Source: the human T2T-CHM13v2.0 reference genome, Homo sapiens. From it: a stretch of 64,000 bases of DNA. The stretch's first letter is position 1, and each line of letters opens with the position of its first letter. Shown in pieces: positions 13,451-27,277 of this stretch. A program made the translations under genes and the position numbers. A model generated the notes under the pieces. It had not been told where the DNA came from. It saw only the letters and a list, made by a program, of their open reading frames with translations, and did not search any database. The DNA is taken from the NCBI RefSeq assembly GCF_009914755.1, contig NC_060944.1; one strand, 5' to 3'.

Positions 13451-16171
13451 ATTTCTTCTTTCCGCTGCCTTATTAATATCTGAAAAGAATAATCAACCCA
13501 TCTGTTCAATGCTACGGAATAAAAACAAGATCATCAGCACATTTCAAATGAAAGCAACAACAACAAAAACTACAATGACAACCAGATGGTGTAAGAAAAG
13601 CCATTCAGCAGAGACACACTGTCACTTGGGCAATTTTTATTATTGAGTTAAGGTAGTACATTGTCACGGCTTGGTAAGAAATGTCCCTTTGTTTTCTAGT
13701 TAACACGTAATTTGTCTTAAACTAATTACGTCAATGCTTTAACACGCTGCCAAGACCTAGACCTGACACATTCCCTCCAAGGGGAGGAAAAGGTTGTTTT
13801 CTAAACTCTTAGAAAGCAGCTGTAAGATTCTTTTTGTGAGGAAGAAAGTGGGGGGGAAGATAAGGAGAGTTTAAAAAACAAAAGAGCAAAGGCAAATAAT
13901 TCTATTTTATGTTACTAAGAAGTAATAGCTGGATTTCATTGTCTTAAAACTTCCAATATCCCATGAAGCAGGGCCTCCTGTTAGTGTGTCTTGTGTTGAA
14001 TTCCACTGGATAGAATCTTCCAGAGTAACATGCAGGAAAGAAAATTATTATTATTATTTTTAATAAACAAAGAATATGACCTGTTAACATCTACAACCTT
14101 CACAGACAGATAACCAAGAATAAGGACTGGCGTTTGGTATAGTAGGGTTAGGTAATAAAACACTCCTCCTAAGTTGTTTTCATTAGAGAAGGCTGGCGTA
14201 TAGAACTAGATATGGGAGAAAAGTAGAATCACATAAGCTTAAAGAAAAGCAAATTTGTATAGCTAAAGCCTGCTTTGCTAAAAACCAAGAATACCTGCTT
14301 TACAAAAATTGAAGTGAATAATAAATACCATGTACTAAGAAATCTATGCCCCAAAATAATACCTGACAGTTTTCATATGACTTAAAGCTAAATAAATACA
14401 TTACAAATTTCATACTTCAGATGAATGAAGAAATAAAAGTGCTTTCTGCTGCAGTAGAGTTTGTTCCCCTTTTTCCGTATTAAACAATTAATAGTGTATC
14501 TAATGACATCAAATGGTATTAAGTACTCACATAATTCGAGTGCTTTAAAATAATAATTATGTATTTTAAAAATCCCAACCAGATTCCTATCACATGAAAG
14601 ACCACAGCAATAACAAGAAACTTAGAGGTCTGGTAGAGATTTTATGCTGCTATTTTGCCAACTTTTGAGTTCCTGATCAAATGAAGGTAATCTTCAATTC
14701 CATTTTAAATCAGAAGTCTCTAATTTGTCTAGAAAAATGGCTTCTGACAAAACTGAAAATAATATAAAGCTAAATAGTGAAGTATATCTTAAATTGATTC
14801 TTACCTTTTCAATTAAGCAGACACAAGATATAATCCTTCTATTTTAAAAAAAACCTGAAAATATTTTCTATGTAAGACTTGGCCAGTAATATCTGACCAT
14901 AGCTTTGCTACTGCATGCAGTACTTTCACAATTTACAAGTCTTAAAGTTTATAATGGTCTAAATTACAAATTATATAATGACAGGCCTTATAGGGAATAT
15001 CTAGTTCTATTATACGTAATTGTGAAGAATACTAGTTCAGGTTTATGACTTACTGAGTCTGTTCACTTACTGTGTACCACTTTCTAATTATATAGGTTGG
15101 CTATGATTCAGAGAGAAATATAATATCTTTGAGTATTTTAAGTAGTTTTCAAGGTGTCTCTGGAATACACTGGGTGTGTATTAAGATAAAAAATATACAT
15201 AACATAACTTCAGCAGGAGTTCATATATTATTAAATGGTCTTGTGAATAAAGGAAACTCACATCTAAACACTGACTAGACCTGGCAAACATTCAGGTTAA
15301 GAGTACAACACATATAGTATTACTTTAATTGGTAGGTTTCTATTACCAATAATTTGCTCTCTACATATGAAAAGGAATATTACACTGTATAATTATAGCC
15401 AGTTTCGTGAGCATCTACATACAGAACTGGAGAAATCACATGGTCATGTATACTATATCTTTGGAACAAAACCAGTTCTAGTTAGAATGAAGGACATAAA
15501 TATTTTACTTTGAAGCTGGTGGAATCGTTTTGTAATTACTTAAAAGATTAAAGAATATTCAAGATTATATCTTTAAACCATTTTGATTGTAATTTGCCTC
15601 GTAGTATCTATTTTCATTGGGTAGTCCAAAGTATTTATATTTGACAGCATGGGATGTTTCTTCTGCAAAAACAAGAATTCTCAGATAATTGTCTCATTTT
15701 AGGGTTTAGTAAACTTTTAGTGTAGTATGTCAAGTATCTGTTTATTCATCTCTATTTAAGAGTTCCTTAAATTTCCATCTGGGCTGACGTATGGAGAAAA
15801 TGAGACCTGGATTTTTTTTTTTTTCCTATCTAATAGAATTGCTCAGATTAGGGTAGGGCTGGGGAGTTTTCAGTGAGAGTTGTAAAAACACAACCACCAA
15901 CATTACTGCCAATCCCCATACACCCAAAAAATCCTAACACATGTGCACATAGAACTTTTGGGAAATCCATGAGTTCAGAAATACAGAAGAATAAATAACT
16001 TTAAGGAACTAATCACGGAGAGCAAAGATTCAAGAAGTCAAGAAAAAACTTCCCTCATCCTATTTTTTTTGTCACAGAATTTGAAAACCTGTCAGTTGGA
16101 AGCAGAGGGTTCATTTAAAAAAGATTTTCTTTGAAAATGCAAATATTGAGAATGCTAAAGCACCAACTCAC

Positions 16172-16963
16172 GGCTTTACATAAAAGGAAGAAACCAGAAA
16201 ATAATCCAGAAAACATGTAGGAAATGACAGAACTGTTTTAAACCACAAAAGAATGGGGTGAAGAATTCCCAAAGAAAGACACAGTATCTAATCTATAGTT
16301 TTATTTTGTATTAAATAATCAGATTATTTTCTCCTAAATCCTTATAGAGAGATATAATCAACACCAAGCAAATAGAAATGGTGTTAATGTAAAGAAGGGA
16401 AAAAAAGGTAGAAAGACAATTTGGAGATCTTTCTGGACATCAGATGGGGAACTCTGGTTGGAGAAAAATTAATCAACAAGAGGGAAGTGGCAACTTGGGA
16501 ATCTCTTCCAAGGAGAGGTCTAATGTCTCCTCTGAATAGAAAAGGGAAGAAACGGTACTTCTTTCCCCTTCTGCTATACTTTATTCTGGCCAACTGCCCT
16601 TAAGACCAAAAGTCATCTCTCAGTGTCTTCTCCACTTCAGTTTGGGTGATACTTCTATACTTTGTTAATTATACTAGCAATGTGAATGCCATTCAAAATC
16701 ATCATAATCACCATGAAGTGCTTTATCTTGGCCTGAATATCTATAGTGTCCAAGTGGTGGTCTGAAAACAGTTAAAAGCACTTCTCAGTTAAGAATTTTT
16801 AGACAAGAAAAAGAGCTTTACATACAAGGAAAAGAACTGGAAAATAATCTAGAAAACATGCTGGAAATGGCAGAACCATTATAAACTACAAAAGGATGGG
16901 GTGAAGAACTCCCAAAATATACAATATCTAATCCACAATTTTATTTTAGACTAATATGCCAGA
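16172..16963. repeat. Diverged ~150-bp direct repeat pair (~16172-16323 and ~16814-16963)
   Basis: gaaaataatc(c/t)agaaaacatg...atggggtgaagaa(t/c)tcccaaa...tatctaatc..ttttatttt is shared by both copies. Confidence 0.85.
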
Positions 16964-17139
16964 CAGGGGTCACAAAATGGTCCTTGGATAATGCTATAAA
17001 TAAAAATGCATGTTTCTTTCACTCACAGTACCAAAAACTACTTTGTTCTACTTATTTTTTAATTGTACAATCATAAAACAACTCTTTTCACCTTAAAACC
17101 AGATTTTATAGTTCATAAGCTACAGCCACAGAAAACAAT

Positions 17140-17595
17140 GAGGACTAGGAATAACAAGAGCGGTGTCAAAGAAAATTTCCAGGAGGCCATTGCTTTGGAC
17201 TGAGCTCCTGAACTAGGCCCAAAGACCAAACCAAATTCATGATGAAGTTCCACGCTATCAAGCCAAGACAAAGATCTTTTCCTGACGTTCTGCGAAATCA
17301 GGAGATAAATAATGGCCAAAACCACAAATAGGCCAGTTTTAGCCAGCATGAAAAGGAAGTCTGCACTGCTTTACCCTTCACAAGAAAAGTAACTCTGAAA
17401 TGACCAATCCGCTTTTTGCTCCTTGTCTCTGCTTTCCTCAGCTCCCTTCTCTGTTTATAAAGCCAAACGCCTCTGCTCAGCTCATTGGAACACTTGTTCT
17501 ATTTTATAGAATGAGGTGTTGCCCTATTCTAGAGTTGCAAATAAAAGACAATTAAGATCTCTAAACTAAGTGTGCTGTAATTTTGTCTTTTGACA
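17140..17595 (+). mobile_element. ERV1 (MER4-group, MER34/MER39-like) solo LTR
   Basis: gaggccattgctttggactgagctcctgaactaggccc, CCAAT, TATAA and AATAAA; ends ...tttgtcttttgaCA. Confidence 0.7.
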
Positions 17596-18114
17596 GCCAC
17601 ATGAACTACAACACTTAGTGACAGTACCACCACTAGCTGTTCAAAGAACCCAGAAGCCTATACTGTTTTAATAACTGACTACAAATGACATAAAACTCTC
17701 TAAAAGGCTTAGTTGAAAACCAACTAACAATCAAGAATTACTAAAGTGGCATTACATGCTGATAAAGATAATGCCAGTTGGAAAACCATACTGACAAGAC
17801 AGAGAATATCACACATTAAATCCCCCAAATTGGGAGGGGAAATGACAGGACTTCTCGCTAAACTATATTTATGAAGACAACTTTGATGATATATTGCAAC
17901 ATCAGGGATATTGTAATGAGTTATATTGTAACAAGTCAGGGATAAGAGAATGTTATGCTTGCTCTTTCTAAATCAACCCTTTAAGTTCACTTTGAATACT
18001 ATACTTTCCCTATATATTTGATTATCTCCTTTATTCTCCAACTAAAATAATTATTACATCTTTAACTGTATTAGAATATTATTCCTGGGAACAGAAATGG
18101 GGGAAACAATAGTT

Positions 18115-18360
18115 TATACTTACAGAATGCTTATTTTGTTCCTGAGCCTGTGTACTAAGAACATTATGTGTATTATTTCATTCAATCCTTTTACAACTCT
18201 TGGAATTAAATACTACTATAATTTCTACTTTGCAAATGAGAAAATTTGAAGTTTAGAGAAATTAAGTGACAGGCCACACAATTATCAGGAGGCAGAGCTG
18301 AGACTCAGACCCAGGTCTTTCTTACACCAAAGTACTTAAACATTATGCTATGCTGCCTCC
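18115..18360. mobile_element. MIR
   Basis: MIR core (tcattcaatcct..., gaaattaagtgac, ggcagagctgagactcagacccaggtc). Confidence 0.7.
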
Positions 18361-19084
18361 AACGGAGTGGAAAGACATGCTTTCCATTTAGAATATTCTT
18401 GCTAGGACTCCCTGATCAAATACTGATGGAACCTGGAAAAGGTCCAGTCTATGCTAGACACTCCATTGCTTAAATGACCCAGAGACACCCAACAGGGTAG
18501 AACCTACTTATTCAATGACGACTTCAGTTTCTATTACCTCAAACTACAGTGTTTCTGGGGTTTGCTATTAACATTCACCACAACTCTTCCGACAAAAATT
18601 ATCAACATTTAATTTCCTACCTTTCTTATTCTTTTAAGGAAAGGGCATTTGGCTGGGGATAGCAAATCTGAGCTGTGGTCCTTACTTTGGGAAATTTACT
18701 CCAGTCATTTGATTTCTCTGAATCTATATTTCCTTTCTGACAAAATGGATATTCTGCCTGTGTTAGCTATGTTGACTCAAGGAGAAAAATCAGCTGAGAA
18801 AAAATGATTTTGGATTTGCAAAGGTTGAGCTAATCTAAACTACAAAAAAAGAGTCTGAGCTGCTTAAAATTTTAAAATACAGATTTAAAACTGGCAAATT
18901 TTCAACTAAACTGTACAAGTGGAGAACAAGTGATGAATTTGAAAAGGATAGCTTATAATTAATACATTGAATGCTTCATTGATTCATAATGTCAAATGCC
19001 TACTATGTGTCACACATGTCCCAGGCCTTACACATGTGGAAATGACACAGCTAAAGTCCTTGCCTTAAAGAAGTTCATTTTTAA

Positions 19085-19412
<328 letters not shown>

Positions 19413-21516
19413 TAATTACAATACAATCTAAAGTGGGATTATGGCAGAGATAATGGAGTCCTAATTTTGTGTATGTGTGTGGCAGGTGAAAGGAACAGAG
19501 CAGAGAGGAGACTAGGAAGAATGTGTGTATGGAGGGGGTGGGGGTGAATGGGATGGGAGGAGGCAGGGAAGGCTTAAAAATAACATTTAAACTGGGTCCT
19601 GAGGAATGAGTGGGAGTTTACCAGAAAGAGAAAAGTCATCCCAGAACATACAAAGGTAAAGGAATGGTGTGAAGGACATAATAAATTAGAAAAACTACAG
19701 GAAGTTTGGTGTTGGGAACACGGGGATAGGAGGAATAAAAGAGAGAGGAATAACATGAAGCAAGAGTTGGACTAGATCCAGATTGCAAAACACTTTGCTA
19801 TGGAAAAGGAAGAATCTAGTGGCTAGAGGGTCTATTGGGGGCTATAAACTGAACTACCACAGAGTCTCAATGAAGCCAAATTAACGAAACTTTATGTATA
19901 TTATCCCCAAATGCGGTGAGGGAGTATTTAAATGTAAGACATTCAAAATATTGCCCATTTTAGTAACATTCTTCAAAGACCATTGGTTTGACACTGAAGG
20001 AGAAAAAAATTGAAAAAGTCATGATTTTACTTTCAATAAAGGGCTCCCATGTAGCTAGGAATACAGGTGCATGCACCACCACCCTGGCTAATTTTTTTTG
20101 TAGAGACAGGATCTCACCATGTTGCCCAGGTTGGTCTCAAACTTCTATCAAAAGGGATCTTCCCACTTCAGCCTCCCCAAACGCTGGGATTACAGGTGTG
20201 AGCCACTGTACCCAGCCTTAAGATACTTTACAGAGCTAAAGGTATAAGACAAGACACTCTGTTTTCTAATGCAACTTAAGCTGCCCTGATCCTTGCCTAA
20301 AGTTGTCTGGTCTTTACATAGGATGTCTGGAAAAGTTCTGATTCTTATGAGGTGAACTATTTCCTTAACATAAAATTGGTCCAGATGACCTATTATCTCT
20401 TTTTTTAAGTGAAAGGATAAAGAATGAAGATGACCATTCCCATAAATATTCATATCTGGTGGTAACAAAACCACCATTTAAAAAGCAGCATGCATGCTGG
20501 TATTATATATTTAGCTGTCAATATACTTCATATTTCTCTAATGTACTGCTGCTTGAGACAGTGGCTTTACCCTGATCCTGTCATTAATGACTCTCATTAA
20601 TGAGAGTAACATAAAGGATAATTCTGTTAGTCATTGCTCTTTTAACTTTTTGACAGTTTAACTCTGCTTAAGCAGAATGGTCTAAACAAATATATGTGCT
20701 ATTCACAGGACAACTATTTTTGCACAAAAAAGCTGATATTGAGCTTTAAAAGCAGCTGTCTTAAAGATATGCAGTAATCATTAATAAACCACAAGGTACA
20801 GAGAGGAAATACAGCGTAGTAGAAAGAGTAGTCAGTTCTGAGGAACACTATTACTTCAAAATATTCATGAGAGGATAGCAGGAGAAAGGCATCATGATAA
20901 CTTCCTCTCTCAGATATTGACATTGCACATATTTAGCACATAAATGCCTCTGAGAAGTTTTGGAGTAAGGACACCACTATATCTCAACATTTCCCAATTT
21001 TGCTTGACCCTGAAATCAATTATCTCCAATGATGTCTTGAATATGTTCTACTAATTATGTGATCTGGGGCAAGAAATCTAACCTCTTTGAGTCATCATTT
21101 CCCTATAAATAAAAAAGATCAAACTAGTTTATCAATCTCATAAGATGACGGGCAGGAGCAATGATTTAGTATTTACCATATGCACTACTGGCTGTATGTT
21201 ATTATCATTACTACACTAAGAGTAACAGTGACTTCAGGAATAGACGTTTCATTCTTCACGTGGGGAGTCAAAAACAAGAGAACAACCTAAACTGAAGGGA
21301 AGAAAAAGTTTAATATATTTCTTGTGAAGATTTTCCATTCTTAAAAGCACAACTAAATTTTATTAATCCTCACAGTAGTAAAACATTACACAAAGGCACT
21401 GCCATCTGCAGGTCATAAACATGGACTGCTTGCAATGATTATTTAAAATGAAGTTTCAAACCAATAAATCTTTTCTCATCAGACTACGAAAGTCTTTCCA
21501 AAAATTGTTTATTCTG

Positions 21517-21812
21517 GTTGGACGCGGTGGCTCATGCCTGTAATCCCAGCACTTTCGGAGGCAGAGGCGGGCAGATCACCTGAGGTTGGGAGTTCGAGAC
21601 TAGCCTGACCAACATGGAGAAACCCCGTCTCCACTAAAAATATACAAAATTAGCCGGGCGTGGTGGCGCACGCCTGTAATCCCAGCTACTTAGGAGACTG
21701 AGGCAGGAGAATTGCTTGAACCCGGGGGCCAAGATCGCACCACTGCACTCCAGCCTGGGCAACAAGAGTGAAGCTCTGTCTCAGAAAAAACAAAAACAAA
21801 ACCAAAACAAAC
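21517..21812 (+). mobile_element. AluS with a small right-arm deletion
   Basis: Alu consensus with an A-rich (caaaaa)n tail. Confidence 0.9.
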
Positions 21813-21996
21813 AAGTTGTTTTTTCTTAGCTCTCAAGCACTGGTAGATGAGTTTCCATTTGCTGAAGTTCTGAAACGGACGCCGGGCTTAAATCAAATTC
21901 TCAGAAATGTGAAGAAAATGACCTTAGCCTTACGTAAATTCTACATTGTGATCATACCAAGGTAACCCCAAAGAAACATGTTTTTAACGGGGAGAG

Positions 21997-22041
21997 ATAC
22001 ATACACACACACACATATATATACATATACATATATATATA
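21997..22041. repeat. (CA)n/(TA)n microsatellite
   Basis: atacatacacacacacacatatatatacatatacatatatatat. Confidence 0.9.
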
Positions 22042-23099
22042 TTTTTTTACACAGCCTTTGAGGGGAGGGGAAGAAAACTTGAATAAGCCTGAACTGACTT
22101 ATGGGACTTTCCTGTCAATGATTTAAATTAAATCTGCTCTTACATTCACATAAACAGATCTTATGAACACACTATTAACTTACAAGTAAGTTAATCTGTC
22201 AATGCCTCCTTTAAACTTGTGGTGTTCACAGGTATGCAACATTGAGCAAACTGAATCTAGAAAAACTCCTTCCAATGAGCCTTGCAATATGGATTCGCTG
22301 GGACATTCTACAAGGAAAATCAGTGTTTCTAAGTTTTAGGTTAAGAGAAGTGTCAGAGGTTTCAAAGGCAATCTGAAGAGTGACAGATGAGCTCAAAGAA
22401 AGCCAAAGAAATCACAATAAAGGAAGAAATGGATGTTAACAAATAGCCAAGTGATTTCTAATATCCACAATGCAAAGCATGGGCTTTACTGGTTGCAAAA
22501 AGTAGACACAAAGTTAGTTTTCACACCCAGACTGACTCATAGAGAAAACATTAAATTAAGAGTTGTCAAAACTCACAAAAGCTTCCCCAGCATTTGTAGA
22601 AACATCTTTTTATGAGCCAACAGGGGGCTACGACATCACAACGCTGTAAGAAAATTCAGGCACACCGGGTGCACCTGAGTGAACACAGTTCTTGCAGTTC
22701 CCTGGGACTAACACTTTTAAGTCAACAAAGAGAACAGTTTACAAGAAAGCTGTTACATTATCCCTGAAGAGCCCAGGGCATTCATAGAATCTGCTTTGCC
22801 TCAGGAAAAATTCTGTGCACAGAGTGCAAGCCAGAAGAACCACAATTAATCAGCTACTCCTCGGGCAGCGTTTCCCAAAGTGTGGAACGCAGAATAATTT
22901 CAGGAGGAACAAGGACGCACTGTTTATTTCAACAGACAGATATTTATTTTTTTTATAAGCATTAGAAAAATAACTGGCTTTCCAGTACCCGGTTTGTGAT
23001 TGAAGTTGCCGCCTTAAATATATTTAAGGAGAAAAAAAGAGTCAGTTTGAATTTTTTAAAAAATGTAACATTTGGTAAATAGCAGTACAGATGGTCCAC

Positions 23100-24220
23100 G
23101 GACATAAAGGTGCAACGCGAGACTGAAACGTGTGCAACGCCGTCTTAAGAGAAGCCCCTCGCCCGCTGGCGGGGAGCGGACAGTGCCCCGCGCCGGGAGC
23201 TTGGAAAGCCGGCCGGATCGGACGCTGGCGCTGAGCTACGTGGTAAACCCGGGAACAGTTCCTCTCCCCGTTCTCTGGGCCCGAGGTCCGCGCCTACAAA
23301 ACGCGTGGGGTGTCACACCACAAGGAGACACCCCGAGAATGCGGTCAGGGGCCGCGAGACGGTGGCGGGGGACAGCGCTCAGTACACCGCTCGGCGCTGC
23401 ACGCCTGGAGAACGCCCGGTGCCACGGGACGCCTTGGGCCCGGTTCGAATCCCGACTGCGCCACTGACTCGCTGAGGACCCGCGGGCGAGCGACTCCACC
23501 GTTTCGACAGGGGGTGCGGGATGTGCGGCTCAACCAGAGAAGCCTTGAGGACTCCTAGTGACCGACCGTTCGTGCACAGACAGGCGGCTGCGATGCGACG
23601 CCGCCGACCTGCGTCCACCACAGAGGACCATAGGCCGCCTCGGCCGGCCGGGCCTGGGCCTGACGGGAGCCGGAGGCGGCCGCGCCCCGCACCGGGCATG
23701 CGCAGCACCGCGCGCACCCGGAGAGGAGCCGAGACCGTGGCCGCGCGTCGAGTGGGCCTTCCCGCCTCAGCCTCCCCGTCCGGCCAGGCCCCCCACAACG
23801 GCCTGCCCGTCAGCCCCACGCCTCGGCTGACGGCCAGCGCTTCCCGGCACTCACCGCTACCAGCGCGGCGGGCTCCCGGCCGCTCCTTCGCCTCAGGCCC
23901 GCCGCTGCCGCCTCCGCGTCGGCCCACCTGCCCGCCGTAGGACAAAGGCGCCACCAACCGACCGGCGCGGGCACGAGGCAATGGCGGCCGGGCGGAGAGT
24001 GGAGATGGGGGCAGAGGGCGCGCACGTAGCGGCAGGCGCGGCACTGTCGCAAGACCGCGCGTGTTTACGGCAGGGCTGAGTTGGGGCGTCGATCTCCTTG
24101 GCAATGAGGGCCCGGGAAGTGGCTCTCGGGCGGGAGTTGAGAACGCAGGGAGTTGCCTAGCAACAGCGTCCTAGGCTGAGGATGGGCCCCACGGTGGTCG
24201 CCTCAGCCCCCGCCCCAGAG
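23100..24220. promoter_or_regulatory. CpG island / NCOA5 promoter
   Basis: Very GC- and CpG-rich. Contains GC boxes, a YY1-like ATGGCGG (23981), an ETS-like GGAAGT (24115) and an RFX X-box GTTGCCTAGCAAC (24152-24164). Confidence 0.9.
23855..24000 (-). other. NCOA5: NCOA5 non-coding exon 1 (5' end approximate)
   Basis: GCG|gtgagt donor at 23853-23854 inside the CpG island; TSS position inferred. Confidence 0.8.
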
Positions 24221-25706
24221 TACTTTTTTTCTGTTTTCAGAGCACATTCCCTCCTCCCTAACTGTGGGAACAGAACATTCAAATCCCCAAATACCTTGAT
24301 TTAGTCTTGCATAAAACTGAAAGCAAAAACCCCAAATCCCTATACACGTGTGTATTGGAGAATATATATAGTCCTGTAACCTCCGGACCACAAGGAACAA
24401 AGAGAGCAGAAAGGTGGAGAAAATGTTGTATTTAAATTTACATTTAAATAGGCTCTGTACTCTATTAGTTTCACTGACAAGCGGCAAAAGGTTTCTGGAG
24501 ATATAGTCACAGGTTCTTCTTGAGTTATTTATTCTTGGAATATTCGTTCAACGTCAAAAATTTCCCGGAATGTAACTGTTGACCGTGAAGCCTGTAAAAT
24601 GTTGTACTGTTCATTTCATGTATAGAATACATTTGTCACAGGGAATGGGATTTGCTCACACAATAGTAAATGCACTCTATTAATCACAGCCATAGCTATA
24701 TTAATCAGGTACTCTTTTATTAGTGTTGGAAACGCCTCAGACTCCATGGGGTCTAGTTCTTCTCCTTGCGAATATTGCCTACTAAGAAAAAATGGTGCCT
24801 GCGGAATTTAAACACTACAAGAAGCCAGATTTCTTTGACATCTACCCCTATGCTCACTCCACTCATTTATTCACTGAATGTTTATTACATACCTACTATG
24901 TAGCCCTATACTTATTATATGCCTGCTTGTTAGGCGCTGTTATGAGCAAATGCAGACCCTTTTCTGCTATCTTTGAGATTACAGTCTGGTGAAAGCATTA
25001 GACGAATAATCACACTTGAGTGTGTAATTGCAAACTGAGATAAACGCTGTGATGGAAAGAAATAGGGATTCTCAATGGTTGTAACTAGAACTTTAGTTTA
25101 CTCACAGGCAAAGTGGGTTATTCCAATTCCCACTTTATAAGACTGTATGAAATTAGAAATGAAGACATAAAGTCTGTCAAATAATGGATACCCAACAAAT
25201 GTTCATTCTTATTCCTTTCCCTCCAATATAGATCCTAATACTATGAAAATTTAAGAAGAATCATATTAATTAGATGATTAAGATAACCAAGCTTAGGGAA
25301 AAATGTTGGTTTAGAGGTGAGTGGCAGTACCTCAAGTGGGTAGTGGACTTTAGCCAAAAGATGTATTCAGTGACTTGTGTATTAAGTGTTTAATGAGTGT
25401 TTTTTATGCACTTGATTTTGTGGAGAGTAGAGAGTAAGGTAGACAAAATCCTTGTGCTTAGGGAGCTCATGGCCTATTAGGGAATATGAGCAATAAACAA
25501 ACGATAATATATAGTGTTTGATGAGTATTTTTGATAGAGGAGCAAGTTAATTTTATGAAGAAAGATTCTTGTAGGGAGGCAGGTGCTCAGGACTTGGTGA
25601 CTTCTTATTTAGATGTTTGCTTTACATAATAGGTAACATCTATTGTGTGCCTACCATGTGCTGAATCCTTTACACATATCATCTCATTTAATCCTCACAA
25701 CCCTAT

Positions 25707-27277
25707 TGAGAGGTGACAGCGTGCTGGCAGCCCTCACAGCCCTTGCTCACTCTCGGTGCCTCCTCGGCCTCGGCGCCCATTCTGGCCGCGCTTGAAGAGC
25801 CCTTCAGCCCGCCGCTGCACCATGGAAGTCCTTCTCTGGGCTGGCCGAGGCCGGAGCCGGCTCCCTCCGCTTTCGGGGAGGTGTGGAGGGAGAGGCACGG
25901 GCGGGAACCGGGGCTGCGCGCGGCGCTTGCGGGCCAGCTAGAGTTCCAGGTGGGCGTGGGCCTGGCGGGCCCCACACTCGGAGCGGCCGGCCCGCCCTGC
26001 TGGCCCCAGGCGTGAGAGACTTAGCACCCAGGCCAGCAGCTGCGGAGGGTGCGCCGGATCCCCCAGCAGTGCCGGCCCACCGGCGCTGCACTCGATTTCT
26101 CACCGGGCCTTAGCTGCCTCCCCGTGGGGCAGGGCTCGGGACCTGCAGCCAGCCATGCCCGAGTCTCTCCGCCCCACCAACCCTCCTCCCTCGGGCTCCT
26201 GCGCGGCCTGAGCCTTCCTGACGAGCGCCGCCCCCTGCTCCAAGGTGCCTGGTCCCATCGACCGCCCAAGGGCTGAGGAGTGCCGGTGCACGGTGCGGGA
26301 CTGGCGGGCAGCTCCACCTGCGGCCCAGTGGAAGATCCACTGAGTGAGGCCAGCTGGGCTCCTGAGTCTAGTGGGGACTTGGAGAACCTTCGTGTCTAGC
26401 TAAGGGATTGTGGGTGCACCAATCAGCACTCTGTGTCTAGCTCAAGGTTTGTGAACACACCAATCAGCACCCTGTGTCTAGCTCAGGGTTTGTGGATGCA
26501 CCAATCCACACTCTGTATCTAGTGGGGACTTGGAGAATCTTTATGTCTAGCTAAGGGATTGTGAATGCACCAATTGGCACTCTGTATCTAGCTCAAGGTT
26601 TGTAAATGCACCAATCAGCACTCTGTCTAGCTCAGGGTTTGTAAATACACCAATGGACACTCTGTATCCAGCTAATCTAGTGGGGACGTGGAGAACTTTT
26701 GTGTCTAGCTCAGGGATTGTAAACGCCCCAATCAGCACCCTGTCAAAACGGACCAATCAGCTGTCTGTAAAACAGACCAATCGGCTCTCTGTAAAATGGA
26801 CCAATCAGCAGGATGTGGGTGGGGCCAGATAAGCGAATAAAAGCAGGCTGCCTGAACCAGCAGTGGCATCCCACTCGGGTTGCCTTCCACACTGTGGGAG
26901 TTGTGGTGTTCTGCTCTTTGCTATAAATCTTGCTACTGCTTTTTGGGTCCACACTGCTTTTATGAGCTGCAACACTCACTGGGAAGGTCTGCAGGTTCAC
27001 TCCTGAAGTCATTGAAACCACGAACCCACTGGGAGAAACAAACAACTCCAGACGCGCCACCTTAAGAGCTGTAACACTCACCTGGAAGGCCTGTAGCTTC
27101 ACTCCTGAGCCAGCGAGCCCACGAACCCCCCAGAAGGAAAAAACTCCGAACACATGCGAACATCAGAAGGAACAAACTCCGGACACGACGTCTTTAAGAA
27201 CTGTAACACTCACCATGAGGGTCCGCGGCTTCATTCTTGAAGTCAGTGAGACCAAGAACCCACCAATTCTGGACACA
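25707..27277 (+). mobile_element. Full-length LTR12-family (ERV9/HERV9; LTR12C/D/E-like) solo LTR
   Basis: Starts TGAGAGGTGACAGCGTGCTGGCAG and ends CCAATTCTGGACACA. GC-rich 5' part, ~10 CCAAT enhancer repeats, GATA and an AATAAA box. 4-bp TSD ctat/ctgt; it splits a MIR. Confidence 0.95.

Noticed and set aside
23430-23470. GGTTCGAATCCC resembling a tRNA T-loop/B-box
   Set aside because: No convincing cloverleaf or A-box could be built around it; at most an isolated B-box-like motif.
23132-24104. Overlapping ORFs up to 241 aa at the NCOA5 5' end
   Set aside because: GC-rich CpG island with few stops; Arg/Pro/Ala/Gly composition and no recognisable domain.
25703-27153. Multiple ORFs and ~40-bp spaced repeats superficially like a CRISPR array
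   Set aside because: All lie inside LTR12. The repeats are its known CCAAT enhancer units, with no unique spacers and no cas genes, in a human locus.
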